A stretch of 63,915 nt of DNA, the filler included, from Reclinomonas americana ATCC 50394 (taxonomy: Eukaryota), in assembly GCA_048213135.1 (NCBI GenBank). It is 5 parts of 4 records of this genome, joined end to end, with 100 filler letters (N's around TTAATTAATTAA, not from the genome) between each part and the next. Parts side by side here need not be neighbours in the genome. Positions count along the whole stretch, not along the records: positions 26,358 to 51,556 come from PS015353.1; positions 51,657 to 54,079 come from PS015354.1; positions 54,180 to 61,423 come from PS015354.1; 2 more parts are not named here. One strand, written 5' to 3'. Shown in pieces: positions 49,101-61,523 of this stretch. The translations under genes and the position numbers were made by a program. Under the pieces are notes generated by a model. It was not told where the DNA came from and searched no databases. It worked only from the letters and a program-made list of their open reading frames with translations. Within the stretch, counting starts at the first letter, position 1. Every line of letters begins with the position of its first letter.

Positions 49101-51520
49101 AGATAACCAGCCGTCGTCACACTGCCACCAGTGATCAAGCCGCCAGCAACAACCGTCGAGCCGGTGCTGATCGTGCCAGCCTGCATGCTTCCCGTGGTGG
49201 TGAAGCTACCGGCACTGACCAGGCCGAATGAGCTCACAGTGCCTGACTGCACATAACCAGCAGTCGTCACGCTGCCGCCAGTAATCAACCCGCCGGCAAT
49301 CACCGTCGAGCCGGTGCTGATCGTGCCAGCTTGCATGCTGCCGGTTGTCGTCACACTGCCGCCGCTGACCAGACCGAACGAGCTCACAGTGCCCGACTGC
49401 ACGCTACCGGTCGTCGTCACACTGCCGCCAGTGATCAAGCCAGCTGCTGCGACTGTGCCTGCTGTTGTGAAACTGCCTCCAGTTGCGAGACCAGTGACAA
49501 CGAGATCTCCTTCGATACGCACTGGCGAAGTCGACGCCGCTGGAATGCGCAGACGGACTACGCCATCCACAATCATTTGTATCTCGCTGCCCGACGACGC
49601 ATCGCCTGTAGTAACATTCGCACACAGTCAGCGACTGATCAGCAAGGACAAAGTACCGGCACAATGAGCATCGCTCGTACCTCCAACAGCAAAGATTCCC
49701 GTGTCGCCGTCTTGCGAGAACGAGAAGCCGGCATTGCTATTGTCGCTAGTTGGTGCACCCTTGCCAGCGCGCACGCCACCGACAGCATGCACAGTTGACG
49801 ACGGGTTCGTCACGCCAAAACCAACGAAACCAGTAGCTGCGCGGACCACCTGCACCAATACAAAAGTGAGCACTCCATCAAACGACCGCACGTGAGTCAA
49901 AAACACAAACCATGCGATTCGTCTGTAATACAACGTCTCCAAAGCCATCGGCCAGACTCAGATCTCCAGCGCCGCTTACGCTGACAAAATCACGAGTGAA
50001 TAGTCGGAGAGTGGTGGAGCCTGCAGTCACCAGGCGGAGGACATCCAGGCCGTGGCTCAGCAACACCAGGTCGCCCACAGTGGCATCTGCACATGCAAGA
50101 GTAACAGGATTTAGCATTCATGTGTCCGTGACCGTGTTGTAGATGCAGCGCGCGAGAACACAACTGTCAACAAAGAGGCCAGTTGGTGTTGTCGTGTCGA
50201 GTGAAAATCCGANNNNNNNNNNNNNNNNNNNNNNNNNNNNNNNNNNNNNNNNNNNNNNNNNNNNNNNNNNNNNNNNNNNNNNNNNNNNNNNNNNNNNNNN
50301 NNNNNNNNNNNNNNNNNNNNNNNNNNNNNNNNNNNNNNNNNNNNNNNNNNNNNNNNNNNNNNNNNNNNNNNNNNNNNNNNNNNNNNNNNNNNNNNNNNNN
50401 NNNNNNNNNNNNNNNNNNNNNNNNNNNNNNNNNNNNNNNNNNNNNNNNNNNNNNNNNNNNNNNNNNNNNNNNNNNNNNNNNNNNNNNNNNNNNNNNNNNN
50501 NNNNNNNNNNNNNNNNNNNNNNNNNNNNNNNNNNNNNNNNNNNNNNNNNNNNNNNNNNNNNNNNNNNNNNNNNNNNNNNNNNNNNNNNNNNNNNNNNNNN
50601 NNNNNNNNNNNNNNNNNNNNNNNNNNNNNNNNNNNNNNNNNNNNNNNNNNNNNNNNNNNNNNNNNNNNNNNNNNNNNNNNNNNNNNNNNNNNNNNNNNNN
50701 NNNNNNNNNNNNNNNNNNNNNNNNNNNNNNNNNNNNNNNNNNNNNNNNNNNNNNNNNNNNNNNNNNNNNNNNNNNNNNNNNNNNNNNNNNNNNNNNNNNN
50801 NNNNNNNNNNNNNNNNNNNNNNNNNNNNNNNNNNNNNNNNNNNNNNNNNNNNNNNNNNNNNNNNNNNNNNNNNNNNNNNNNNNNNNNNNNNNNNNNNNNN
50901 NNNNNNNNNNNNNNNNNNNNNNNNNNNNNNNNNNNNNNNNNNNNNNNNNNNNNNNNNNNNNNNNNNNNNNNNNNNNNNNNNNNNNNNNNNNNNNNNNNNN
51001 NNNNNNNNNNNNNNNNNNNNNNNNNNNNNNNNNNNNNNNNNNNNNNNNNNNNNNNNNNNNNNNNNNNNNNNNNNNNNNNNNNNNNNNNNNNNNNNNNNNN
51101 NNNNCGTCGAAGTGCGCTCCAAATGGTGGAGGAGCGCCAGGGCGCGCACGAATGCCACCTCTCACGGACAAGGAGACTCGTGACGCGTTGGAGGTCAGCG
51201 AACTCGACGGATTGCTGTCAACAGGCGCATCAGCAAGAGCCCCGAGAGCATGAGCAGTGTGTAAGAGTGGCAGTATCAGTGGACGTACCCGATTACGATG
51301 CCATCCGTGAACGCATTGGTGGGATTCAGTCGCAAAGCATTGTCGGCAACTGCGTCCACATTAGGGTCGTAGACGTTGGCGGTGAGGCGGAGCGGGTTGC
51401 CAAACTGCAGCGATCGTGTAGTCAGCGACACGAACGAGCCGTTCATCGCAACACCGCCGCCGTCTTGAATGAGCAGGCGATTGGTGCCATTGGTGAACAG
51501 AGAAACGTCGTTGGAGTCTC
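40139..51520 (-). CDS. Giant tail-fibre-like protein: fibre motifs, about 50 x 50-aa Gly/Ser/Thr repeats, Peptidase S74 (ICA) domain, coiled coil; 5' end missing
   Basis: N-side motifs DVSLFTNGTNRLLIQDGG, GFVGFGVTNPSSTVHAVGGVRAGKGAP..GFSFSQDGDTGIF. C-terminus MSDVRLKANIRPIENAL...LSGHRYEWNE-...VGFIAQELEEHFPELVSE...KKVEYGPVVALLVEAVREQQ. GT-AG introns at 40694-40761, 40912-40999, ~49606-49655 and further upstream. Confidence 0.88.
40240..40485 (-). repeat. ~45-bp coding repeat EERLAEERRRAAAEV in the C-terminal coiled coil
   Basis: About 5-6 units in ORF 40139-40708. Confidence 0.85.
41130..49440 (-). repeat. 150-bp coding tandem repeat (MQAGTISTGSTVTAGGLITGGSVTTAG[YL/SM]QSGTVSSFGLVS[AG]GS[FLV]TTTGS)
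   Basis: 150-bp periodicity with an open frame throughout the sequenced parts. About 48 units are sequenced, with two gaps and one 66-bp short unit near 44125-44190. Confidence 0.97.
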
Positions 51521-51600
51521 CTGCAAGGCGGGCACGTAGTTGGCTGATTGTGTCACNNNNNNNNNNNNNNNNNNNNNNNNNNNNNNNNNNNNNNNNNNNN

Positions 51601-51612
51601 TTAATTAATTAA
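51601..51612. other. Artificial six-frame-stop linker
   Basis: TTAATTAATTAA within N runs. Confidence 0.95.
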
Positions 51613-51684
51613 NNNNNNNNNNNNNNNNNNNNNNNNNNNNNNNNNNNNNNNNNNNNTCTCTCTCTTCTTTCTTCTTCTTCTTCT

Positions 51685-51737
<53 letters not shown>

Positions 51738-51812
51738 TTCTCCCTTCTCCCTCCCTTTCCCTTTTTCTCCTCCCTTTCCCCTTCTGTGCCCCCTCTCACC
51801 CCCTTCCCACAG

Positions 51813-54207
51813 GGCGCCCGTGACAACTCGGGCTCCCGCGGCGGCGGCTCGACTAACTCTGGCAGTGCCCTGCCCGCCCCCGTCGGTCTCGGCCGTGGTG
51901 GCGGCGGCGGTGGTGGTGGCGGCCTGATTGCCCCTCCGGGGCCAATGATGCGCGGCCCCCCGCCTCCCAATGTCGGACAAGCGTCTCTCTTGGCTCCGCC
52001 ACCGATCGTTGCGTCTCTTGTTTGGGGTGGCGCCGCGTTCTTCTCCTTGCGTATCTCACTTGCGTCTTGTGGTTCTCGCCGTCAGCGCCCGGGTCCGCCG
52101 CCTGCTGGTTTGTCATGCTCGCATTTCTCTAGTTCACTGTTGCCTCGCTCTGTTCTCAACTCCCTCTCCCCCCCCATAGTGGGACGCGGAGGTGGAGAAC
52201 CGCTCATGGACGGACGGCCGTATGTGCCCGCTGGTGCCGGTCCTATGATGCACGCCCACGACGGCAGTGGGCCGGCTGGTGGTGGCCTCATGCCGCCGCC
52301 TCCCATGAAGCCAATGCCGCCACCGCAGCCGCGCGATGCTGACGGCTTCCAGCAGGGCGGGCGAATGATGGCACCGATGCCACCGCCACCCGGCCGTCGC
52401 CCTGACCCGGTGCGTTTATTCTTCTCCATTGTTCATTATCGCGTCGTTGTTGGTATAACTCATGCGCCTTCAATTTCATATAGCACGGTGAGGGTGGTGG
52501 CTATTTGCTGCAGCAACCGCCGCCACAGCAGCACCAGCAGCAACAGCCTCCGCCCGGACAAATGATGCCGCAGCACGTGGACGCTGGCTTTGGCGGAGGT
52601 GCGCATCGCATGCCGCAAGCCCCGATGCCCATGCAGCCGCCGCCAATGCAGCAGCAGCCACCACCGCAGCAGCAGCAGGGGTGGGGACCGCAGTCCATGC
52701 AGGCTCCGCCGCACCCGCAGATGCAGCAGCGACCGATGCCGCCGGGTGCACCGCCACCGCAGCAGCAGCAGCAGCAGCAACCACCGCAGTTTATGCAACA
52801 AGCACCGATGCCACCGCCACAGCAGCAGCAACAGCAGCCACAAGGATACTTCCCTGGTGGACCGCAGCAGCAGCAGCCCCAAGCGCAGCAGCCAATGATG
52901 ATGATGCAGGGTTANNNNNNNNNNNNNNNNNNNNNNNNNNNNNNNNNNNNNNNNNNNNNNNNNNNNNNNNNNNNNNNNNNNNNNNNNNNNNNNNNNNNNN
53001 NNNNNNNNNNNNNNNNNNNNNNNNNNNNNNNNNNNNNNNNNNNNNNNNNNNNNNNNNNNNNNNNNNNNNNNNNNNNNNNNNNNNNNNNNNNNNNNNNNNN
53101 NNNNNNNNNNNNNNNNNNNNNNNNNNNNNNNNNNNNNNNNNNNNNNNNNNNNNNNNNNNNNNNNNNNNNNNNNNNNNNNNNNNNNNNNNNNNNNNNNNNN
53201 NNNNNNNNNNNNNNNNNNNNNNNNNNNNNNNNNNNNNNNNNNNNNNNNNNNNNNNNNNNNNNNNNNNNNNNNNNNNNNNNNNNNNNNNNNNNNNNNNNNN
53301 NNNNNNNNNNNNNNNNNNNNNNNNNNNNNNNNNNNNNNNNNNNNNNNNNNNNNNNNNNNNNNNNNNNNNNNNNNNNNNNNNNNNNNNNNNNNNNNNNNNN
53401 NNNNNNNNNNNNNNNNNNNNNNNNNNNNNNNNNNNNNNNNNNNNNNNNNNNNNNNNNNNNNNNNNNNNNNNNNNNNNNNNNNNNNNNNNNNNNNNNNNNN
53501 NNNNNNNNNNNNNNNNNNNNNNNNNNNNNNNNNNNNNNNNNNNNNNNNNNNNNNNNNNNNNNNNNNNNNNNNNNNNNNNNNNNNNNNNNNNNNNNNNNNN
53601 NNNNNNNNNNNNNNNNNNNNNNNNNNNNNNNNNNNNNNNNNNNNNNNNNNNNNNNNNNNNNNNNNNNNNNNNNNNNNNNNNNNNNNNNNNNNNNNNNNNN
53701 NNNNNNNNNNNNNNNNNNNNNNNNNNNNNNNNNNNNNNNNNNNNNNNNNNNNNNNNNNNNNNNNNNNNNNCGGGCAGCCGCAAATGCACCAGCAGCCGCC
53801 GCCACAGCAGCAGCCACCGCAGCAGTTTATGCAAGGAGGCGGGTACTATGGCCAGCAGGGGCAGCAGATGCAGCCCATGGTTCCGCAACAGCAGCAGCCG
53901 GCAATGGCGATGCAAGGACAAGCGCCGGTGAACGCGACTGGTGTTCGACTGCCGCCGGGTTGGAGCGAGTACGAGGACGATGAGCGTCGCAAGTACTACT
54001 TCAATCCGACCACCAATGAGACGACGTGGAGCTACCCGCCAAACACGATGCAGGGTGGCATGCCGCAGCAGCAGCAGCANNNNNNNNNNNNNNNNNNNNN
54101 NNNNNNNNNNNNNNNNNNNNNNNTTAATTAATTAANNNNNNNNNNNNNNNNNNNNNNNNNNNNNNNNNNNNNNNNNNNNGCAACCCCAGCAGCACCAACA
54201 TCCGCAC

Positions 54208-54239
<32 letters not shown>

Positions 54240-54708
54240 GCAGATGCACATGTACGGACAGCAGCCGCCGCCCCAGCAGCAGCAGCAGCAGCAGCAGCAG
54301 CCGCAACAACAGCAGCATATGATGATGCAACATCACCATCAGCAACAGCAGCAGCAGCAACCACCGCAACAGCAGCAGTTCTTTGGGGCGCACGGACAGC
54401 CGGCGTTTGCGGCAGGTGCCGGGTATGCACAGGTTTGTGTAATGTCGCTTGGCGATACTACTGCTTGCAGCCACTTAATGTGTATGTGTGTGTTTGTGTG
54501 TGCGCGTGCGCAGGGTTGGGGCGGTGGTCCGGGTGGTGGTGGCCTGTTGGCGCCGCCGACACAGCAGCCGATGGCGGTGGCACCCGCCGCGGCGGCTGCC
54601 GAGGCACCGCTGCCACACGGATGGGCGCAGCACGCTGCTGAGGACGGACAGCGCTATTTCTACAACATTTACACGCAGCAGACCTCGTGGGATCGCCCGA
54701 CCGCGTAA
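51813..54708 (+). CDS. Pro/Gln/Met-rich protein with two WW domains, 5' truncated, spanning gaps
   Basis: LPPGWSEYEDDERRKYYFNPTTNETTWSYP and LPHGWAQHAAEDGQRYFYNIYTQQTSWDRP. PolyQ is present on both sides of the 54124 linker. Confidence 0.8.
54124..54135. other. Artificial six-frame-stop linker
   Basis: TTAATTAATTAA within N runs. Confidence 0.95.
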
Positions 54709-54971
54709 AAAGTTTGTCCTCGCTGACTTGACTGATTCAAGCGATGTGAAGCAGCGCATTGAAGACAGTTGTTGTTTCTCGTTTTACACATGCAGCCGCT
54801 TCAATACATACCAATGAGGACAGAAAGAGAGAAAAGAGAGAGCACGGGAAACAAGTGCCTCGAGAGCGGCAACACGCTGCACCACCCACACACTCCACGA
54901 AACAAGCTGAAAAGAGAAGGGAAAAAAAGAGGGTCGACAAAAATGGTGACGAGTCATGCCGCAACAACCAT

Positions 54972-55142
54972 TTAGTATGGCATGTCCGTCTGAGGTCGTG
55001 GCTGCGCACCGCTCTGTGATGTTAAACATCGGTTGGTCAGACATGAGCACGGTCATCGAATCAGCGGTCAAGTCTTTTCTCCTTTAGTGTACGTGTGCTC
55101 AGTCTGAGATGCTGTCTGTCTGTCTGTCTTACTATCATTTGT

Positions 55143-55177
<35 letters not shown>

Positions 55178-58100
55178 TATTCAATGTGTGCGGTGTTTTG
55201 AGTCATTCTATTTGTCTCCGCGTGTCGGTCAGTCCACGAGCGCTGGCTTCTGCCAGTCTAGTCTGTCCGTTTTCGTTTCGACCTGTCTCTTTCTTTCTTC
55301 TCTCTCTCTCTCTCTTTCTTTCTCTCTCCTTCCCTTCTCTCTTTCACACACGTACTTTGTCGTGAGCGATTTCGTCAGTTTGCTTGTCTGCCTCTTCTTC
55401 TATCATTCTCCGTCAGTGTTGTTTGTCTCTTCCTCCTTCCCATTTCTCTCTCGCACGCACAATGTCTGCGTCACTCCGTTCGTTTTCCTGTCTGTTTGTT
55501 TGCCTCATCTCTTCTCTCGTTCTATCACAGTAATTGCTTGTGTCTCTCTCCCTCCCTTCTCTCTCTGTCTTTCACGCTCAACGTGTGCCGAGGCTGTTGC
55601 CTCGTCCTCCCTTCTCCCTCTTCCTCCCTTAACCTGCCACGCAACTGGAGCATACACAGCAGCCGCCGTCGGAGCCGCTTGTGGCACCATGGTCTCTCCA
55701 CGGTAAGGCGGCCGTACATTGCCACCTGCAGCCGGCGCACCTCCAACCGGGCCGTAAATGATGCTCGAATCGTAAGCCACTGTTTGTGCGCACAAATGAG
55801 AATGCTTGTCTCCGCGCTTCGCCTCTTCTACTACCGCGCACCTTGCTCCAACTCGTCGTCGGGGTCCACCTCGTCGTCGTCGTTGGCCAGGCCATTCTGC
55901 TTGAGGTAGGCCTGCTTGCGCTCGTACTCGTCGAGAGCCAGTGACTTGCGCACACTGTGGCATGCACAGAGCGTGTGTGAGTCGAAATGAGTCGAATGTC
56001 CCCTTCCTCTCCATCTCCCTCCTTGGCATCGTACGCAACGCGCCGGGCAAATCAGGAATCATGTACTTCAGCAGCACGTTGATGGCGATGAGAGCATGCT
56101 CAATGATGATGAATGCCAGTCGTCGATCAAAGTTCGACACGTTGTTCTCGTCGATCTTGAAGTAGTTGACAAACAGTGTCGACGAGGTGAAGCAGATAAT
56201 GCCCGACGTGGTGACAATGGCCACAAACACAATGGCCTCCAGCACTTGCTGCCAGGTGCCTGTACGACAGATGATGATGAGCACACGACAACAGCCTTCT
56301 CCATTTCGGCCCACTCTCGCACGCACCAATATCCTCAGCGCCACGAGCCTCCGGTCGCTGGCAGTTCTTCATCAACTTGATGGCATCGACACGAATTTCG
56401 ACCACATTGTTGAACAGCGACAGCGTGGGGCCGAACGGGAAAGCCGGAGCGAACTACGTACGGAGAGAGCGAGGTGAGTTCAACGACTTCATGAAGCTCG
56501 CACTGCATCCCCCGCTCCGCTCACCATCATCATGTGACCGAATTGCACGCCTACCGACACAAAACACGAAACGGGCAAGTTAGAATCACACAATTTCTTG
56601 TTTTCTTCTGTCGAGCAGCAGCAGCTTGCTACGCAACACATCTCCAAGTAGTCCTCAAACGGTGTCTCGTACATGCTCATCTTGGACTCCTCCTCCCACT
56701 TGGGCAGAATGCCGCCGTCGCCAGTCGCCTTCTTGGCACGACGACGCTCCAGCCAGAAGCACAACTTCTTCTTCAGGTAACTGCGGTGATGAATGAACAT
56801 GAGAAACAGCGTGGGTAAGGTTACCGCAAGAGGCGGACGCAACGGAATGGACAGCTCGAGAATGTTGCCGACGACTTGCTTCAGCAGCAAGATGACGAGC
56901 AACTGGTTGAACATTTCGCGGATCTTGGTCTGCACGACATCAAGAAGACACAATGAGAGACTTGCCCTTCAAGATTTGTGTCGGAAAAACGGGGAGTGGC
57001 GCAACTGTCGAGTCACCGAGGGTGGTGAGGAAGGCAAGGAAGAAGAGCGCAATGTAGCTGCTGACGGCTTGGAAGAAGAAGGTCTTGAGAATGAGCGAAT
57101 CCTCGTATTCCGTGTCCGTGCGATGGTTCTCTGTGAGATGAAACCATTGTTTTTGAGTCACACATACCACATAGAAGTGAGAAGAGAGGCTCTCCACTCA
57201 CCGAGATTGGTGAGAATGCGAGCCACCACCTTGTAAATCTGGAGGCCGAAACGAGTGAGTCTGCAGCATTCGCCCCCCTTCTAATGCCCACAGGATAGAC
57301 GACGCAACGACACCGCTGATAATCACAATGGCGGCGATCAGCACCGAGAATCCAATACTCTCCCAGAACGGCAGCTTCTGGTTCGGGCTAATGATGGGAT
57401 CCTTGATGCGGCTCTCGCGCCACAGCATGATGAACACGACGGCAATGATAACACCGGCGCACTGGTACCCCATTTCCGTGAGCACCCCAGAAACAGCAAG
57501 CAAGACGTGCCCACCAGCAGCAACACACCATCAACAGCACCACGGGGAATGTGCACAGGAAACGGCGCCAGCGGGCCGTTGTCGGGAAGTAGCGCTCGTA
57601 GTAGACGCCGTTGATGTTGCGCACACGCACCGGCACCTGCAGTTCGTAAATGTTCCGATCCGGAATGATGACGACCTTGCGCTTGACGGACTGGAACGAA
57701 TCGCGGACGCGTTCCTGTGTGTGTACATACATTGCGTTCAGCACGATGCTCCAGATACGCGTGCAACACAACCCTTCCGCACAACACGAACCGTCTCCTC
57801 AAAGTCAGTCATGCCCCACTGTGCGGCCAGTGTGTTGAGATTGCGCTTGGAGAGCTCGTTCCAAATGGTTCCTGCGGCGAGTCAAAACATGAGCATACAA
57901 ACAGTCCACTGCCTGCTCTGCAAAGTCGTCGACAGTACCACGCACCCCACAAAATCATAAACAGTGTGTAAATCGGCGTGAGCACATTGTCCCACTGATA
58001 CTGGCCGTCGGGATCGCGCCGTGAGACACCGAAAATGCCCACAATGAGACCCAGAATGGCCGGCAGAATCAGTGCTTGCGTGTAGTGGCCGACCCAGGCA

Positions 58101-60154
58101 AAGTACATGGCGATCTTTTCGCCTGCACACGACATGAACACGGTCAGCCATCATAGGGCGCAAAGCGGAGGTAAGAATATACGACGAAACCGTAGTAGCG
58201 GCGAATGCGATCCAGCGGCTGACGCGAAAACAGTTTCTTCATGGACGCCCAGTCGGCCTCCAGATTGTTCTTCTCCGTGCGCTCGTGCAGCGGGAAGAAC
58301 TTGACCAGCAATCCGTTCTTCACCATGCTGCGGAACTCTGTTGATCACGCAAGGAAGTGAGTGACATGTGTGTGTGTGCACCAAGACAATGGGATGTCCA
58401 AAAAACGCACTGAAGCCGCAGCCGCGGAGCGCGCTCACGTCGCCCTCGCGTCCACTCGAGCTCTTGGAGGTGAGGATGCGGTAAATCAGGCGCTGGCCTG
58501 AGTGTGTATGTCGAGTCATGTCAATGCCACATTCTGGAGGAGAGGGGAAAAGCATGTCACACAGCACGCCGACGCAACGAGTCGACGGTCCGAAGCGGCG
58601 GTGATTGTTGCGATCCTCCATTCTGTACTCGTCGGCCTTCTTCAGCTCAAAAGGCTGGAAACCACCACGCGTGGTCTCCATGACAATCTTCAGCTTGTCG
58701 GCGAATTGCTCGAGTACGCGATCCGAGGCGCCGACTGCGCAAGAGGGCAAGGTGAGCGAAGTGCGTGGATAGGTGTTCAAAAAGAGTGCTCACCAAGGAG
58801 GAACAGCTCGTCATTGTCGGCACTGTACTGCTGCGACACATCGAGACCGGCATCGCGCATGCGCATGCGGTAGTTGTTGAGCGCTTCCGGGAGGTCGGCC
58901 TTGGCACTGCCCTTTACGCGGGGGTGCTCTGTGGATGGGGGAAAGGGAGAGAGAGAGAGACGTGAGGAAGGGAGGAGGTGGAGGAGGACAGAACGGCAAG
59001 AGCCACAGAAGGCGACAAGAGAGGCACGTGGTGGATAATAACCAGAGAGAGAGAGAGAGAGAGGTGCGAAAGAATGGGTGGATGTAGAGAAGAAAGCCGT
59101 GAGAGGGGGAGGCACACACACGCACAAATACACACATGCACGCGCAGCGAGAGAGAGGGAGAGAGAATACAGGATGGCATCCATCCATTACAAAGTAGTC
59201 ATGACACACAAACCTGGGTTTGGAAACACCAGCGCATAATCCGGAATGAAGTTGATGTCTTCGCGGTGGCGACCAGCGCCCTGCAAGATCACCATGTGAG
59301 CGAGAGGGAGGGAGAGAATGACGGATCGCACGTGACAGCCAACAGGACGCATGAGAGGGTGTGCAGGTGTCACACTCAGTGTGTTTGATCGAGAGAGGAA
59401 GAGAAGGAGGGTGCGAGAGAGAGGAGAGAGAGAGAGTACATGACATCACAAATCGCGTGAGTCTATCAACAAAGGCCGCACGAGTGGGTGCTGGTGCGAC
59501 TCCCTGTGTGCCTCTGCGCGGGCGAGAGCTCTCTCATTCTCTCCTTCTCTCAGTGCTTGTGTGCGTGTGGAAGAGCGTTTGCTTTCGCGACTCGCGTGTT
59601 ACGGGGGGAATAGTCTCCATCTCTCCCCTTCTCTCTCTCTCTCTTCCCAAGCACGCCACTCTCTTCACAGAAGTGCGTGATATCGCGACTCGCGTGCGTT
59701 CGGAGAAACAAGTTGCACCAGTGTCTCTCTCTCTCACACACACACACACAACATGCACAACTCCGCGCGCGCGCGCAAAAGAGAGAGAGAGTGTCATGCA
59801 CATTCACACGCCATGACACAAAGAAGAAGACGGGGGAAAACCCAGCATAAACAGAAAGCAGGAAATGGCCGCCCGCGCGCGTGTGCGTGTACGCGCTCGT
59901 GTGCACGTTCTCACTCTTTGCGTCTCACACACACGCACGCACATGCACACAAACACCATCAAGCAACACACACGCATGAACTGCACAAGAGAGAGTTGCG
60001 CGCGCCATGACACACAACAAACTGACCGACTCGCTCACAACACAAACACACACAAGAAGAGCACACGCAGAGAAGAACACACTGTGTGTGTGAGAGAGAA
60101 AGAGAGAGAGAGAGACGCAACAGTGGGCGACGCAGGAGGCGCGGCCGACGCCAT
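54972..60154 (-). CDS. Anoctamin/TMEM16 Ca-activated channel/scramblase (5' end uncertain, 59295 or 60154)
   Basis: FFPLHE...QPLDRIRRYYG-EKIAMYFAW, ENHRTDTEYEDSLILKTFFFQ, FEDYLEM, FPFGPTLSLFNNVVEIRVDAIKL..CQRP...AEDIG-TWQQVL, FIIIEH. Confidence 0.93.
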
Positions 60155-60601
60155 GAATGAGACTAGAGAATTCCGCGGTCCGTCTGACCGACTGGCGGAG
60201 CTTGGCTCATGCATTGACTGGGCTTTCAGTGGAATTTGACAGGAGCACCGCGTCACACACAGTTCACAGTGCACACTGTCGTTTCTTTCGCTGACTACAC
60301 CACCGAGTAGCCGCTTTCACGCCGTTGAAGACGCACCAAACTTTTGCGCGTGACATGGCCCAGAAGTCTCGCACACACGCCAACCGCCCAAGCAAGACTT
60401 TGGAAGCAAATCACGACATCAAACAAACAGTTTCCTCCTCTCCAGCGCAAGGCGATTCACGTGGTGTGCAGTGCGCGCAGAAGCGCCGCAACGATCATGC
60501 GCGGTGGTGTCCGTGGACAGGCACGGACAGAGCGAGCGCGTATGTCCCTCGCGGCTATTTCCGTCCATCCCGCGCGTTTTTGTTTTTGTGTTGTGTAAAC
60601 C

Positions 60602-61218
60602 ATGAGCGACGACGGTCACACAGCGGCAATGGACGCAGATGCAGCTGAGCAGCAGCAGCCGGCGGTGGTTGAGGAGGCGGGGAATGTGGAGGACGGGGGC
60701 GCGGACATTTCGGTGCCTGCTGTTGTGCAAGAGGCAGAGGCAGAGGAGGAGGATGTGGTGGTGCCGCCGATTTGGGAGCAGCGACGTGAGATTCGCCGCT
60801 TGATTGCGTTTACGCAGATGGAGGTGTGAGCGAGAAGAAAGTGTGTGTGTGTGTTTGAGGTGGTTGTCATGTCGGTTCATTACGCACTCTTCTCCGCGCG
60901 CCCCTCTCTTGTCTTGTCTCGTTGTGTCTCTCTCTCTGCCTATGTACATGTGCCTCTCCTGTCTGTCTTGCTTGTGTGCATGGGAGTTGTCTTTTTATTG
61001 TTGCGTCACTTTTACTGTCCGCGCGCGCGTGTTTGTGTGTTCCTCTCTCTCTCTCTGTGTGTGCGTGTTTCTCTCTGCCAGGTTGTCTCATGTGTTTTGT
61101 TTTGTGTTTTTGCAGATTGGCGCCAAGTGGTTTGTGCTTGACATCAAGTGGTGGCGCCGATTCAAGAACTATGTAATGTACGATCGCGGAGACGCCGATG
61201 AGACGGAGCCCTATTATG
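60602..61218 (+). CDS. Ubiquitin-specific protease (USP4/11/15-like), N-terminal DUSP domain, truncated
   Basis: Acidic N-terminus, then EQRREIRRL...ME-IGAKWFVLDIKWWRRFKNYVMYD, matching the DUSP G..W.....WW..W..YV pattern. Confidence 0.65.
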
Positions 61219-61467
61219 GTACACACACCTCCCATACTCCCACTCTCACCCTCACTCTCACTCTCACACAGACAGTTGCTCTCTCTTTTCTCGTGACTGG
61301 ACAGCTTCTCTCTCGTCCTCTTGTTTCCGCTCTTGTTTCTTGCTCCCACACGCCATTTGATTGAATTGCTTGTCTCGTCTCACTCTCTCTCTCTCATTCT
61401 CTCTCTTTCTCTCTCTCTCTCTCNNNNNNNNNNNNNNNNNNNNNNNNNNNNNNNNNNNNNNNNNNNN

Positions 61468-61479
61468 TTAATTAATTAA
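61468..61479. other. Artificial six-frame-stop linker
   Basis: TTAATTAATTAA within N runs; the genes on either side (USP 5' part, NOG2 3' part) are unrelated. Confidence 0.95.
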
Positions 61480-61523
61480 NNNNNNNNNNNNNNNNNNNNN
61501 NNNNNNNNNNNNNNNNNNNNNNN

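Noticed and set aside
41130..49440. Ice-nucleation-protein-like look (GSTxTAG, AGY)
   Set aside because: Period is 50 aa rather than 8/16/48 and the AGYGST core is absent. The S74 domain favours a trimeric fibre.
41085..49667. Many + strand ORFs (VVTLPPVIKPP..., HAASRRH...) over the repeat
   Set aside because: Antisense shadows of the minus-strand coding repeat, broken by stops wherever the Tyr variant occurs.
40139..51556. Prophage or endogenous giant virus
   Set aside because: No capsid, polymerase, integrase or other viral genes nearby; the gene has host-type introns and abuts a RING gene.
26302..61479. Recurrent palindrome TTAATTAATTAA (four sites)
   Set aside because: Always embedded in equal N runs; a synthetic stop linker. 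Adjacency across it is not reliable.
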